The position numbers and the translations under genes are program-made. Below the pieces are notes generated by a model. That model worked only from the letters and a program-made list of their open reading frames with translations, was not told the DNA's origin and made no database searches. A stretch of DNA of 64,000 bases. Origin: Phoronis australis. Its lineage: Eukaryota > Animalia > Phoronida. Where the stretch lies: assembly GCA_002633005.1 (NCBI GenBank), contig NMRA01000026.1:1384710-1448709 (forward strand), read 5' to 3'. This document shows positions 29,074 to 41,075 of this stretch, one piece after another (the stretch's first letter is position 1; every line of letters starts with the position of its first letter).

Positions 29074-30730
29074 AACAAGCGCAACGCGGAGCATTGAAAT
29101 GTGCCCACGAATGCACCGCTAACATTGTGCTTCTAGGGGTGTTTATTTGAAATATAAAAATTTGCAACCGGATGGCACAAAATATGTCAAATCCATCTGA
29201 GAACTTGTGTGTCATCAAAGCTATTTACACCTAATTTCATAAAAATCTGTCAAGGAACTTCTAAGAAAACAGAGGAAAATGAAAAAATGAAATTGCCACT
29301 AAGAGGCTATAAGCGCAAAAAACATAACTGCCACAAAGAGGCACCAAAGTAGATAAAGTCGTTGGAAAATCATCGTCAGACTTCCTCTTCCCATTAGGAA
29401 CATAAATGCCAATTTCAACAAACATCCTTAAGAGTGGTTTGGTTGACACAAAGGCAGATGTCAAATAACAAGACTCGAAAACAGTAAAAATGGCCACAAG
29501 GTGGCGCACAATGTCTCAAATTTTACCCGGCCGAAAACTGTATGGTAGCGTCACCTCACTAATAGATGCCTAACTGCCACATTTTATGAAAATCCATTGA
29601 CGATCCTTTAAGATACAGACTGAGGTAAACGTAAAAAAACTAAAATTGCCACTAGGGGGCACACTGGTAGCCCGATCCGTTCGAAAGTCCTCATCCTCTG
29701 TAGTCAACTTCATATAAATACACCAGCAAAATTCAATAAAGATCCTGTAGAGCATTTAGGAGACATAACCATGGGCGCAAACACAAACAAAACTGCCATT
29801 AGGAGGCGCCGTAGTATTCCAAGTCATTGGAAAATCATCGTCAGCTGCCCTCTTCACAGTGCCAACTTTCAAAATCATACCTAGAGCGGTTTAGTTGATA
29901 GAACGGCGGACGCCAAAAAACAGACTCAAACACAGTAAAAATGACCACTAGGTGGTGCAAAGTATCCTGAATCCGTCCGAAAATGAGAGGATGGCATCAT
30001 CTCAATATTAGATGTCTAACTGCCAAATTTTATGAAAATCCGTTGAGGACCTCCAAATCTACAGAGGTAAGCAAAAAAAATTAAAATTGCCACTAGGGGG
30101 CACACCAGTAGTCAGAGAGATCCGAAATTTAATGTCATCTGTTGTCACCTTCATGGGAACACATCTGCCAAATCTCATTAAAATCCTGTGAAAGGTTTAG
30201 GAGATACAGCCATGGATGCAAAAATAAACAAAATACCACTAGAAGGCGCCACAGTCGTCGAAGTCATTGGAAAATCATCGTCAGTCGTCCTCTTCACAGT
30301 AAAAACATATATGCTAATTTTCAAAATCATTCCAAGAGCGGTTTGGTTGATAGAACAGCGGACGCCAAAAAACAGACTCAAAAACAGTAAAAATGGCCAC
30401 TAGGTGATGCAAAGTACCTTGAATCCGTCCGATAACGGGAGAATGGCATCATCTCACTAATAGATGCCTAACTTCCAAATTATATGAAAATCCGTTAAGG
30501 ACATCCGAAGATACAGAGGTAAGCGTAAAAAATAAAATTGCCACTAGGGGCACACCGGTAGTTGGAGAGGTCTGAAATTCGTCGTCGTCCGTTGTCAGCT
30601 TCATAGGAACACATCTGCCACATCTCATCAAGATCCTGTGAGGGGTTTAGGAGATACAGCTGCGGACGTCAGACGCCCGGACAGACAGAGACAGCGGCAA
30701 TATGCGACCACAAAAATGTGGGCGCATAAA
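29074..30730 (+). mobile_element. Helentron-associated (HINE/DINE-like) element with about three internal tandem units of roughly 450 bp
   Basis: Begins AACAAG..ATGTGCCCAC; ends with a GACA/GACG microsatellite and stem-loop ATGCGACCACAAAAATGTGGGCGCAT before an A run. Sub-terminal inverted repeat is present. AAAATG(G/A)CCAC(T/A)AGGTG recurs near 29488, 29938 and 30390. Confidence 0.75.
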
Positions 30731-31049
30731 AATCAAATGTACGTAGAATTCCAAAGAGAGAAACTCTACCCATCGCATAAAAATCAAAGAGGTTGATTGT
30801 TTTGATCAGCAAAAAAATAAAACACAAATTTATAATATGTAAACATAAAGGACAGTGGTTCTGAACATAAAAATACAGGTTAACTTTTCCTTACAATTTT
30901 TTATTTTTGCTTTGCAATTTTTTGCGATTAACCAGTAATATCTCTCAGAATCCACAGTGAGGATCAGTTTACAAGTTGCTTATAGTGAAACTACATAACA
31001 TAATCAAATGTAAATGACAAGTTCAGTGCCAGACTGTTTTCCAAAAGAA

Positions 31050-34000
31050 CTATTTTGATTTCTTTTTGCCTTTTACTCCAACTCTGCCAGTGGGACAGAT
31101 GTTCTTGTTAAGGCACTGGGTGCACTTGGGCCCAATAGGTAAACAAGTCTGTTGTCCAAAACCGACCAGCAGGTGGTTGATGGAGCTCCACTGTTCTCTG
31201 AAACAACAAGTGAGAAGTAAGATTCCTGCAACTGTGAGATGGTCTGACAGGTTTAGAATTGAAGTTGAGATCTGATACATTAAAAACAAAAATTTTGACA
31301 TTTTATCTCGTGCAAGCGGAGAAGTGATGAGGCAGTGTGGTATAGTGGGATAAGTGTCCGTTTGGTTAGTTCAAGGTTGTGGTTTGAGTCCCACTAGGGC
31401 ACACTGCTAGACCGTAAGTCAGGTCTCTAGCTCCTCAGCTCGGTTTTATCTGTACCTTAAAGCATAAAAATGGTTCCATGTGATCAGTGTCATTGGCCCA
31501 CCTCAGTAGCCAGCACACACCTGGTACAAAATGTACCAAACTGCTTATAATTATTTTTTATAGTACGAAGCATTGACATTGACACTTTTGTTTAACAGAG
31601 TAGAATCTGGATCTCAGACATAACACACTTGACTAACTTTTAAAAAATTCCAATGATAACCATAAATATCTTTCTTTGGGTCTTTTTTTTGCCAGGCAAG
31701 GCTTCATGTGGCATATTAAATCGTGCTAAATCAAAACTAACTTAGGAAGCCACGACTCCAGTTCTTTTCGGGTGCTCTCTGGATCAGAGGTTGGTTTCTT
31801 GGTCCACCCAAGTCTGTTAGATATCCTGTGGACATGAGTGTCTACTCCAATACCAACCACCTGGTCCCAGGCTGACTTCATCACAAGGTAAGCCATCTTT
31901 GGTCCTACACCTGAAATGTAACAAGTAACGAAAATGTTGCCAACAACAATTTTGAATGCCAATCCCAGTGGGAACCTCTTATCTGAAAAACAATAGTATT
32001 CTAGACATTTTTTTTATATCCAACTCAGAAACAAATATAAATGAAACAAAAACTGATGAGGAACTTTACGAATTTCAAAATGTCTACCTGGCAATTTACA
32101 CAATTCTTCAACACTATCTGGCACATCGCCGTCATGTTCAGTTTTAAGCAGTTGACTCGTTTTCTTGATGTACTCCACCTTTCTCTGTAAAAAAGAAAAT
32201 CAAACTTCATATGCAAATTACCAGGAAACTAGATCACACTGCATTAGGAAAAATTAAAGGTACATTGAATGTTACCATTTCACACAATAGCTAGAGGTGA
32301 ATGTTTTGATTTAATTTTATGACAGTTACAAAAAAATTAAATCCTTGAGGAAAGTTAACACTTTCTGTTTTCAATGGTCGGTAATACTTTGGTCGGAATT
32401 CTGAGCTCATAGGTGTTAGTGTTGGCTGATGTGTCTATTAATACACCACATCATTGTTATTATATTTTACTTTAAGTTGATCATTTTTGACCAGCTGGAG
32501 CAGTGTGCTATTTTGAAGCATAAACTTTAACCAAAACTAATACTTAGATTCAGCGACAATTAAGCCAGAAATTGCAGCCAACCTACATAAACATTTAAAG
32601 TCCCACACAGCACTAATTGGGTCAAGCTGATTTCGCTAAATTCAAACCAGAATAAATCCAGTTGGCATAGATAATCTTTACTATACTCAGCCCATGGATT
32701 TACTATACTCAGCCCATGGATTTACTATACTCAGCCCATGGATTTACTATACTCAACCCATGGATTTACGAAGACGTGTAATTAGGAACACTAACACCCT
32801 GTATTAAATATATACAAAACAAAGAGTTCCACCTCAAATCATGCACCAAAACAATGGCTTTTAAAGATGACACTGCACAGGGTATCAAATCAATTCCACA
32901 ATAAAGCAGCAATTTTTCAAATCCATCATACAATTCACAATGTGAAAAGCACCCTCTCACATAAATTATCTGCACATTGACCCACCCTCCAGAATCCAAC
33001 AGGTTTAATCAATTCCCCTAATATTTCATCCGACGTTTTGAGGATATTATCAATAGAACATCCGTGTTGCTTCAATTTTCCCATGGCTGCTGATGTGACT
33101 TGATCCTTTGTTTGACTTGACAACATCAACGACAGAAGAATCTGATAACGAAATTCCTGAAACAAGATAATAAATTGTTTGATGTAGTCTTGGGCTCACA
33201 CTATTAACATTTCAAAGTCAGCAATAATGTGTGAACATAGTAAAGTAAGTAAATAAAAACTTATTGACCATTTACTTCTTAGCTTTTGTGGCCATTAGAA
33301 ATGCAAATAGAACATTTGACAACACGACCCAGGAATAGCGTTTACAGACTTCGCTACACCAATAAAAGGCTAGGCGAAGTGCTTTACCAAGCGCTGTTCT
33401 CACATCACAGAAATTCTGGTGACAGCAATGTATTGATAAAGGGGTTTCAACTACCCCTTAGTTAGAAAGCAATGCGCAAGATTGGGTTTATTGCATTGGA
33501 AATACAAAGGGTAATGTGTTGTTTGCAAGTGATCAAAGTGGGTGGGGTGTAATGTGTAAACGCAACTTATAAGTCATGAAAAGTTATAGTTCCACGGAAC
33601 AGCATATCCAATATTTCTACATAGATTCATCAGTATACTGAAATAGAAGTATATTTGGACTTTCCATTTTCCAATGCAAGCGTAGAGATTTTGGCAACTG
33701 TAAACAGCATACGGCAGTTACTGAAAATCTGTGAAGGTATATGTTGTTACTTGGATGAAAAAGAAATTCTCCACAAATACAATAACTGAATACAGAAAAA
33801 TACTATGGCAAATACTGGAAATTGCTTATTTGAGTTAGCAACATGCGTCCATCTCTCATGCACTTCAGCTTGGCTAGTGGTGTTACTATTGTTCTGACCA
33901 ATAGGTGGTGTTTTCGCTATATGATGAGTCATCGAGGTCAGGACACTATCCCATGTGTGTGACAGGTGGAACTTTAATCCACCTCGTTTGTTTGGAGAGG

Positions 34001-35016
34001 GGCGTTCAATGTGCACGTGCAGAGCTTCTTTGACACCCCTTCTGAACCAATCTTCCTCACACGAAGGTGAAACAAAACAGATGTTGTGACATATGCATTT
34101 TTAAGGACTGTTTCTTTTCACCTTCGTGTGAGGAAGATTGGTTCAGAAGGGGTGTCAAAGAAGCTTTGTATGAGCGCATAAAGTGCCCCTTTCAGAACAA
34201 ACAAGGTGGATTAAGGTTCCAACTGTCACACATATGGGATAGTGTCCTGACCTCAATGTCACATTGTCTGAGTAAAATACCACCTGTTGGCCAGAACGAT
34301 AATGACGCCACAAGCCAAGCTGAACGTCGCTAACTCAAGTAAGCAAATTCTAGGATTTGACTTAAGTTTTTTCAATATTTTGATACCTCAAATGGGTGTC
34401 TCAAAACTTTCATGCTTTTACCAATTACTGAAATTCAGTTTTTAAATCAAGACTTGCTTGTTTCCTGTTCTTTAGATTATGGTAGGCTACAGTAACTTCA
34501 GCTAACCTTGGGATTTGCTAGTCTATCTCCCAGCATGTCACAGCCCATTGTGTCTACAGGGGCATCTCCAGACTTTCGCATCTCCTTAATATTAGCCAGT
34601 TGCTGCTCCCAATCAACAGGTGTCCATGTTAAACAACCCGATACCTTTGCAACTTTATTTTCTTTCTTTGCTGAATGCTGTGGTGAAGCAAGTTGACTAG
34701 TTTCTGTTATGGGATCTGATCCAATAGAAATGTGTTTGCGTTTGCGAAATGCAAGTTTCTTAGTCAGGCTGGACACAACCACAGGCATTTGGCCAGTTTC
34801 GGTGACAAGTGAGACACGATCATTGAGAGAGGAAGATGAAGTCCGAGTCTTTGGCAGTCTAGTCACGTGGATGCGAGAAGTAACGTCGTCATTAGGGTCA
34901 GCAGAAAGTGTGTTCTTCCCCACACTGAAATAACGAGAACGTTGAGAAAATGACCGCTCGTTCCTAATGCCAATTGCTGTGTCTGTGGACAGCTTTCTCT
35001 TGCTTTTCTTTACCAT
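31050..35016 (-). CDS. NTHL1: Endonuclease III-like DNA glycosylase/AP lyase, about 364 aa; exons 34507-35016, 32986-33156, 32088-32184, 31742-31910, 31050-31197
   Basis: [36 protein letters not shown], HhH motif [26 protein letters not shown], and 4Fe-4S motif C-x6-C-x2-C-x5-C ([17 protein letters not shown]). Exons sum to 1095 nt in frame. Confidence 0.95.
31330..31560 (+). mobile_element. tRNA-derived SINE in the last NTHL1 intron
   Basis: A box TGGTATAGTGG, B-box-like GGTTTGAGTCC, AT-rich tail. Confidence 0.55.
32677..32769 (+). repeat. 22-bp minisatellite, about 4 copies (TTTACTATACTCAGCCCATGGA)
   Basis: Directly visible head-to-tail repeat without spacers in an NTHL1 intron. Confidence 0.9.
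33790..34365. mobile_element. Two 5'-truncated Penelope-like retroelement 3' ends in inverted orientation in an NTHL1 intron
   Basis: Both arms encode [13 protein letters not shown]....P..NK.GGL.F.LSH.WDSVL, resembling the C-terminus of the PLE GIY-YIG endonuclease. The arms are reverse complements around a spacer at about 34081-34107. Confidence 0.75.
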
Positions 35017-35472
35017 GGCCCAAACAATTGTTCTACAAAGTCGGTCAGTAGAAAATGAAAGCATGTACAAAACACAGAAATGTTCTTCTCTCAAACAAGC
35101 TCACAAAATACACAATACACAGAACTACACAGACAACTGAATGTTTGTAAACACAACCATGTGCTTCCCTCACGTGTTCAAATTTTTTACTATTTCCGGT
35201 GTACCCTAGTTTTAATGTTACACCATTCAATTAAACAGTTTAATTGTCGAACTAAACTGATATAAATGTGTAAAACCTTTTTAACCATGTTTTTTAGCAC
35301 AAAGGTACACTCAGGAAATATTTTGACTGAATTATTAGGTATTTGCTGAGAAAAGTCTTTCCTAATGTTAGATATATAGACTAGGGTTTTGCACTCGCGG
35401 GCCAGCCATTTGTCATCTTCAGTTGGGCACGAAATTCATTTTGGTCAAGTGTGAATTAAAAGAACTGTGAAA
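35017..35472. promoter_or_regulatory. Compact bidirectional promoter region between NTHL1 and PRPSAP
   Basis: Divergent start codons about 457 bp apart. YY1-like GCCATTT near 35405 and ETS-like TTCCGG near 35194. TSS positions cannot be read from sequence. Confidence 0.6.
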
Positions 35473-38400
35473 ATGTCGATGGACAAGGCGCAAAAAGTCG
35501 CCATGCTGCTGTGTGCTGGAAACTCGCACCCAGAGCTTGCTTCGTTGATATCAGAGTATGTGCATGGAATGTTGAGCAATGGCAGTCATGAATGAGTTTG
35601 ATGCATTTGCTGCAATTTTTATTTTTGAACATTTAATCACTTTGTTTAATGTAGATTTTTTTGTCTCTTGTGCGGGTTTTACTGACTTCTACTGTTGTGT
35701 TGTACATTGGGTAATCACTGGCACTGTTTTGGAAACAATTTGAATTTGTACTTCAATCTTAACAGCTCAAAGAATCTTCAGTAGACAAAAGCTGTTCACA
35801 TGCTCAACACGGTCACAGAGCAAAGAGACAGTGCTCCGATTTGAGTTGCTGCAGCTGTTTGACTGTCCTTGACCTTAACTTAAAGGTTGGTGGCTGGTAT
35901 CAGGGCTGTGTTCCACCAACTGGTAAATGCATGTAATTTACTTGGGGAAATCTTGGGTGGATCTTGTTTAACAACAGCCTTCTTGCAAAATTCAACAGTT
36001 CAGTCTAGCTGGGGAATTATTTTAGTGGTGGCCATTCTAGTATTTGCAAGCACTGTCCATTCTAGTATTTGCAAGCACTGTCTCAAGCTTACTCGCAAAA
36101 TGCTCATCGTTCAGTTGCAAAATTTTGCGTAGATTAGTCTTCCTTTCCTGGTTAGGAATTACCAAGTGGAGAATTTTTTTTACCTCTCACTTCTATGAGA
36201 TATTTGTTGCTAGTTTCAAACAAGACACTAATGTTCCATCCATAAACTTATTTAATTATTTTCAGGGCTCTTAATGATATCAATTTGACTATTGTAACTT
36301 GGCAAGATTCCCATGTCACCGCTTTGTTGTAATTTTGAGTATAAATCACCAGCAAATCGTATTCTGAGCAAATTTTTGGACATTGTAAAATTCCAGAGTT
36401 AGGTCCAGTTTCAGTGTGATGTTGGTAAGTACGTTTTGTTGCTGCTATTGTTAATTTGCGTATTTTAATTTCTCTTTTTTGCACTTTCAGAAAGCTCGGA
36501 ATTCCGTTGTCTAAGACAACGTGTCGTCACAAAAGCAACAGAGGTGAGTTTCTTAACACTTAAAACTTTTAACCAGTGTACTACGACTGTTGCTATTCAT
36601 CTTGAAGACTAGTTCTCTCTGACATTATATGCATCTCATTGTATAATTTCTGTATTCATATAGTAATTGATGGAATTTGCAGCTGTTACTTTTAATAGAC
36701 ATTTTGAGTTTGATCATTTAAGCCAGCTTGTTATTAGATAGTACTTTGAAATAGCTTCATTTTTGATAATTTTTGCACTTGGAAATTGCTTCAGTCTAAG
36801 CTGCTGTAATGGTCATTTACAGAGACTGTTAGTGAGATTGGAGAGTCTGTTCGTGGAAAGGATGTCTACCTTATACAGACTGGTACAAAGTAAGTAAACG
36901 TATAAACTTACCACGTAGCTCTTCTCCAAAACCAGTATTGTGTTTAGTTTTTCATATTTCAGTAAAATACATTTAATAATGACCTCATTATTTGTAAATT
37001 ATTTACCTTCATTTGACGTTTCTGTTGTGAAGTCTTAGAATTTTTATTAAATTTGAATACAGACATGTTAATGATATGAAAATGACTGATTCATCGAAAA
37101 TGAAAAGTGCTTGTGCTTTCTGTTAGAATTTTGGCAAGATTTGTTTCCTGCGAATGATAATTTTCCTCCATAAAGATTCCCTTATTCATACTCTGTTGGG
37201 TGAAAATGCATGAAGTGTCAAAAAACAATATTCTCCAAACTATTGAAATACATTGCTTTTTTGTCTCCTGATCATTGTGTCCTTTATACATCCACAGAAA
37301 CATAAACAATGACATCATGGAGTTACTCATCATGGCCTATGCCTGTAAGACATCTTGTGCCAGGAATATTGTTGGAGTCGTCCCCTATCTACCCTACTGT
37401 AAGCAGAGTAAAATGAGGAAACGTGGCTGTATAGTATCCAAGCTACTGGCTTCCATGATGTGTAAATCAGGTAATGTCATGCTATCAAGGTGAGGAAATG
37501 TGGCTGTATATATTGTCTAAACTACTGGCTTCCATGATGTGTAAATCAGGTAATGTCCTGTTATTAAGGTGAGGAAATGTGACTGTACTGGCTTCCATGA
37601 TGTGTCAGGTGTCAGGTCAAGAATCTTAGAATGTTTTTTTCGTAGTCATTGGAAGATTAGTGTTATTGTTTCAACTTTTTATTTATAACAAGCAGTAGTC
37701 ATCTCTTTTAGAATATGTCGTGGTGGGTCACATTTTGTTTTTCGCTCTGAGTAGCATTGGATCTAGTGCTGTAGTTTTACTGTCTGCAGCATATAATTAA
37801 AGGATTAATCCTAACTTTCGTTGATGGATGTGCCACGAACTCTTAATAAACAGCAGATCTAGGCCCAGAGTTTGAATCCTTGTAAATGCCCAACCCTGAA
37901 CAGAAACAACCGATCTCTGCTTAGATAAACCATGTAACATGTTAGTATGTATAAAAGTCTGCCCACATTAAGCATTTGCTTAATACGCAATTGTTTTATT
38001 TTTTCTTGAATACAGGTATGACTCATGTGATTACCATGGATCTCCACCAAAAAGAAATCCAAGGCTTTTTTGACTGTCCAGTTGACAACTTACGAGCTTC
38101 TCCATTCTTGTTAAACTATATAAAGGAACAGGTATTGTAAGCACTACTGTGATGAAGTAGTGATGATGACTGGTTACACATGTTACACAAGTTAAAGTGT
38201 GGTTAGGAGCTGACTATTGCTTTTCAACATTTATGAATTGAATTAACATCTGAAAAGTCTGTGTGTACTTGCTGCCATAGCTTTTTAAGGAATGTTTAAA
38301 GAATGTATTTATAAACATCAGTCATAAATGTTTATTGTATGTAGGCCTTGGCCTCATAATACAGTTTACATTACAACTTTACTATGAGAAAAGTTCAGCT

Positions 38401-41075
38401 CATGTAATATGTAGCGCTAAGCTTTTTAGCTCACAAAAATCATGGCTGCCCTGTTTCAATGTAAAGTTTCTGCATTGAGCATGTAAAACGAGCAAGTATT
38501 TTCCTTAAGTAGGGGTCTAAAAAGTACAGGTATTTTTCTCACCGTTGTTCTGTTTTGATAGTACGATAAAATTGATATTTAGTTGAATTATTATTTAAAG
38601 AGATCAGTTCTGACAAAACAATCTGTTTATTGTAAAGGGATATGTCCATCTCTGTGGTTTCACAAAGCTGCTTAATAGTCCAGATCTATCAAGTTATAGG
38701 ACACAAACATGGACTACTTTGCACCTTATAGATTCCAGACTATAGGAATGCAGTCATCGTCGCCATGAACCCCAACTGTGTCAAGCGCGCCACATCGTAC
38801 GCAGAGCGCCTTCGCCTTGGTATTGCTGTCATTCATGGTGAAGATAAGGAGGACGATGCAGAACTGGACGGGCGGGCATCACCACCTCCTAGCTCACTGG
38901 AGGGACGCATAATGTCATTCGGCCTTGAGATGTTCCCAGGTAGGGCTGACTGAGCTCACAGTAGACATTTTTCTAGGATGTATGTCAGAAACTTTTCTGT
39001 CTAGCACTGAGGTGATTTTCTTAAAACTACAGTATGAGAGCTTTAACTGGTACAGAATTGTTCAAATTAAGAACCAATTTGAGACAGTTTAATATGCCAA
39101 AAATACCATGTTTCCACGTGGTAATAATTTTGCTGTGGAAAACTGGGAGTGTCGTCTCGCCATATTTGAGAAAGTGAATAATTTCTTCTGGCAAATGCAA
39201 AACCAAAATTAAGCAGAGAACTCACTACTGAGTTACGTATGTGTCCCACCATAATGATTACATTAGATTTGAGCTGATGACGTGCATCTGCAATCTGACT
39301 TAAATTGATATAAAAACTTATGTTTTTGATTTGTTATTATCAGCGTTTCTGTGTGTGCTGCAGGAATTTTGTGATCCCGGTGGCTGCGTGTTTCACTGAT
39401 CATTGACTACTTTTCACATTGCAGTGCTGTCTGCCAAAGAGAAGCCTCCAATCAGTGTCGTTGGCGACGTTGGTGGCAAAATAGCCATCATTGTGGTGAG
39501 TTGACTAATGTAAGAGTTAACCATTATTGTGGTGAGTTAGAGTAATGTAAGAGTTAGCTCAGTGGTTAGTGCTCTGCATTTTTTTAATCAGTTGTAGTGA
39601 GCACCAGCCATGACTGGGATATAACCTGTGATGGACTAGCACCCCCTCTAGTGGAAACTGAAAGATTCTCATCCAATCATACCATAAAGACTGGTGTTAG
39701 CCTCTGGCCCAATGAGCTTATGGTTCATGAAGGATTTGCGTGGTCTCACTCACTCACTCACTCACTCTCAAACTTACTTTTAGCTTTGCAGACCCTGTTC
39801 AGGTGTGATGTATACACATCAAGAGTCTTTTCCTTTAGCAAAATGTTACATAAAGTCATTACATTCAGTGCTCAAGTGTCTTGTTGCCAGTTTGGTCCTA
39901 CTGTGTGCTCTGGTAACCTGTGTATTTTTAATGAAGTTGAGATTGTTTTGTGGTCATTCTTAGTGGGGACTTGACGATTAGTTATCCTAGTCACTCATGA
40001 AACATTTGCTACTAGAATTCATCACTATATAGAAATAATTAGCCCTGTGGATGTTTGAATACTATTGAGTTTCACAATTTAACATTCTGAATGGCCATTT
40101 CATTACTTTTCCATGATGGCCATTTGGTACATGTAAGAGTAGGCTATTAAGGTTAATATAAGCTTGCTCCAAAACCACTTGCAAGATGTGGCTTTACAGT
40201 AGTGTGATTTCGCTAAACTCGTTGGACACTAGAACCCTTAAACACATTGCGAACTTTCGGGCCAAACCTTACTATTTCTTTTCACAGGATGACATCATAG
40301 ATGGACTACAGAGTTATGTTGTGGCTGCTGACATGCTTAAAGAGCGTGGTGCCTACAAGATTTACCTGATGGGCACTCATGGTCTGCTGTCATCCGATGC
40401 TCCTCGGCTAATAGAAGACTCACAGATTGATGAGGTTTGTGGAAACCCTTGGGGTTACAACCTTAGTCTTGATATCAAGCTCAGTCAAAGTTAAGAGCTA
40501 GAAAATGTGTTTGTAACAAAGTGACTTTGTCAGAGTTAAGTTTCCATAGATGTTGAGTTGGTTACAAGCTTAAAATGAAGTCTTAACTTCCTTATTGCTC
40601 GAAACATTCTTGTAGTAAAAGATTTCTCTTTAATACCAAGAAAAAGAACCTTAGTGTATAATGATTGTTACATGACAATGTTCTTAGAACTATTTCAGGC
40701 ACCAAGATTTTTGAGACGTTAACGGCTCGTTTGCTGTGTTAGAGTTTCTGCAAACTGATGTCCAAGGTGTCAACATACAATCAACAGGCGCTCATGCATA
40801 GCATCTTTTAAAAATGACAAATGCACATTTCTGCATTAATTATGAGACATCAGAAAAAGTGTTGGGCAATTTTGTTATTAAAAGTGAGTGTTATTTAAGT
40901 GTTGCGTATGTTTCAGGTGGTGGTTACAAACACTGTGCCTCATGACATTCAGAAGATGCAGTGTCACAAAATCAAGACTGTTGACGTCAGTGTACTTCTT
41001 GCTGAAGCTATCCGCAGGATTCACAACAATGAATCAATGTCGTATCTCTTCACTAATATTTCTACGGAAGACTAA
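35473..41075 (+). CDS. PRPSAP: Phosphoribosyl pyrophosphate synthase-associated protein (PRPSAP1/2 co-orthologue), about 358 aa; exons 35473-35555, 36491-36543, 36823-36889, 37298-37470, 38016-38131, 38732-38939, 39425-39495, 40288-40434, 40917-41075
   Basis: [53 protein letters not shown] (PRPSAP-type rather than catalytic PRPS DLHASQIQGFF), insertion [49 protein letters not shown]. Exons sum to 1077 nt in frame. Confidence 0.95.
39553..39770 (+). mobile_element. Degenerate tRNA-derived SINE with a (CACT)n tail in a PRPSAP intron
   Basis: TAGCTCAGTGGTTAG A box and CACTCACTCACTCACTC tail; B box not clear. Confidence 0.45.

Noticed and set aside
32677-32769. Short direct repeats as a CRISPR array
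   Set aside because: Head-to-tail minisatellite without spacers, in a eukaryotic intron, with no cas genes.
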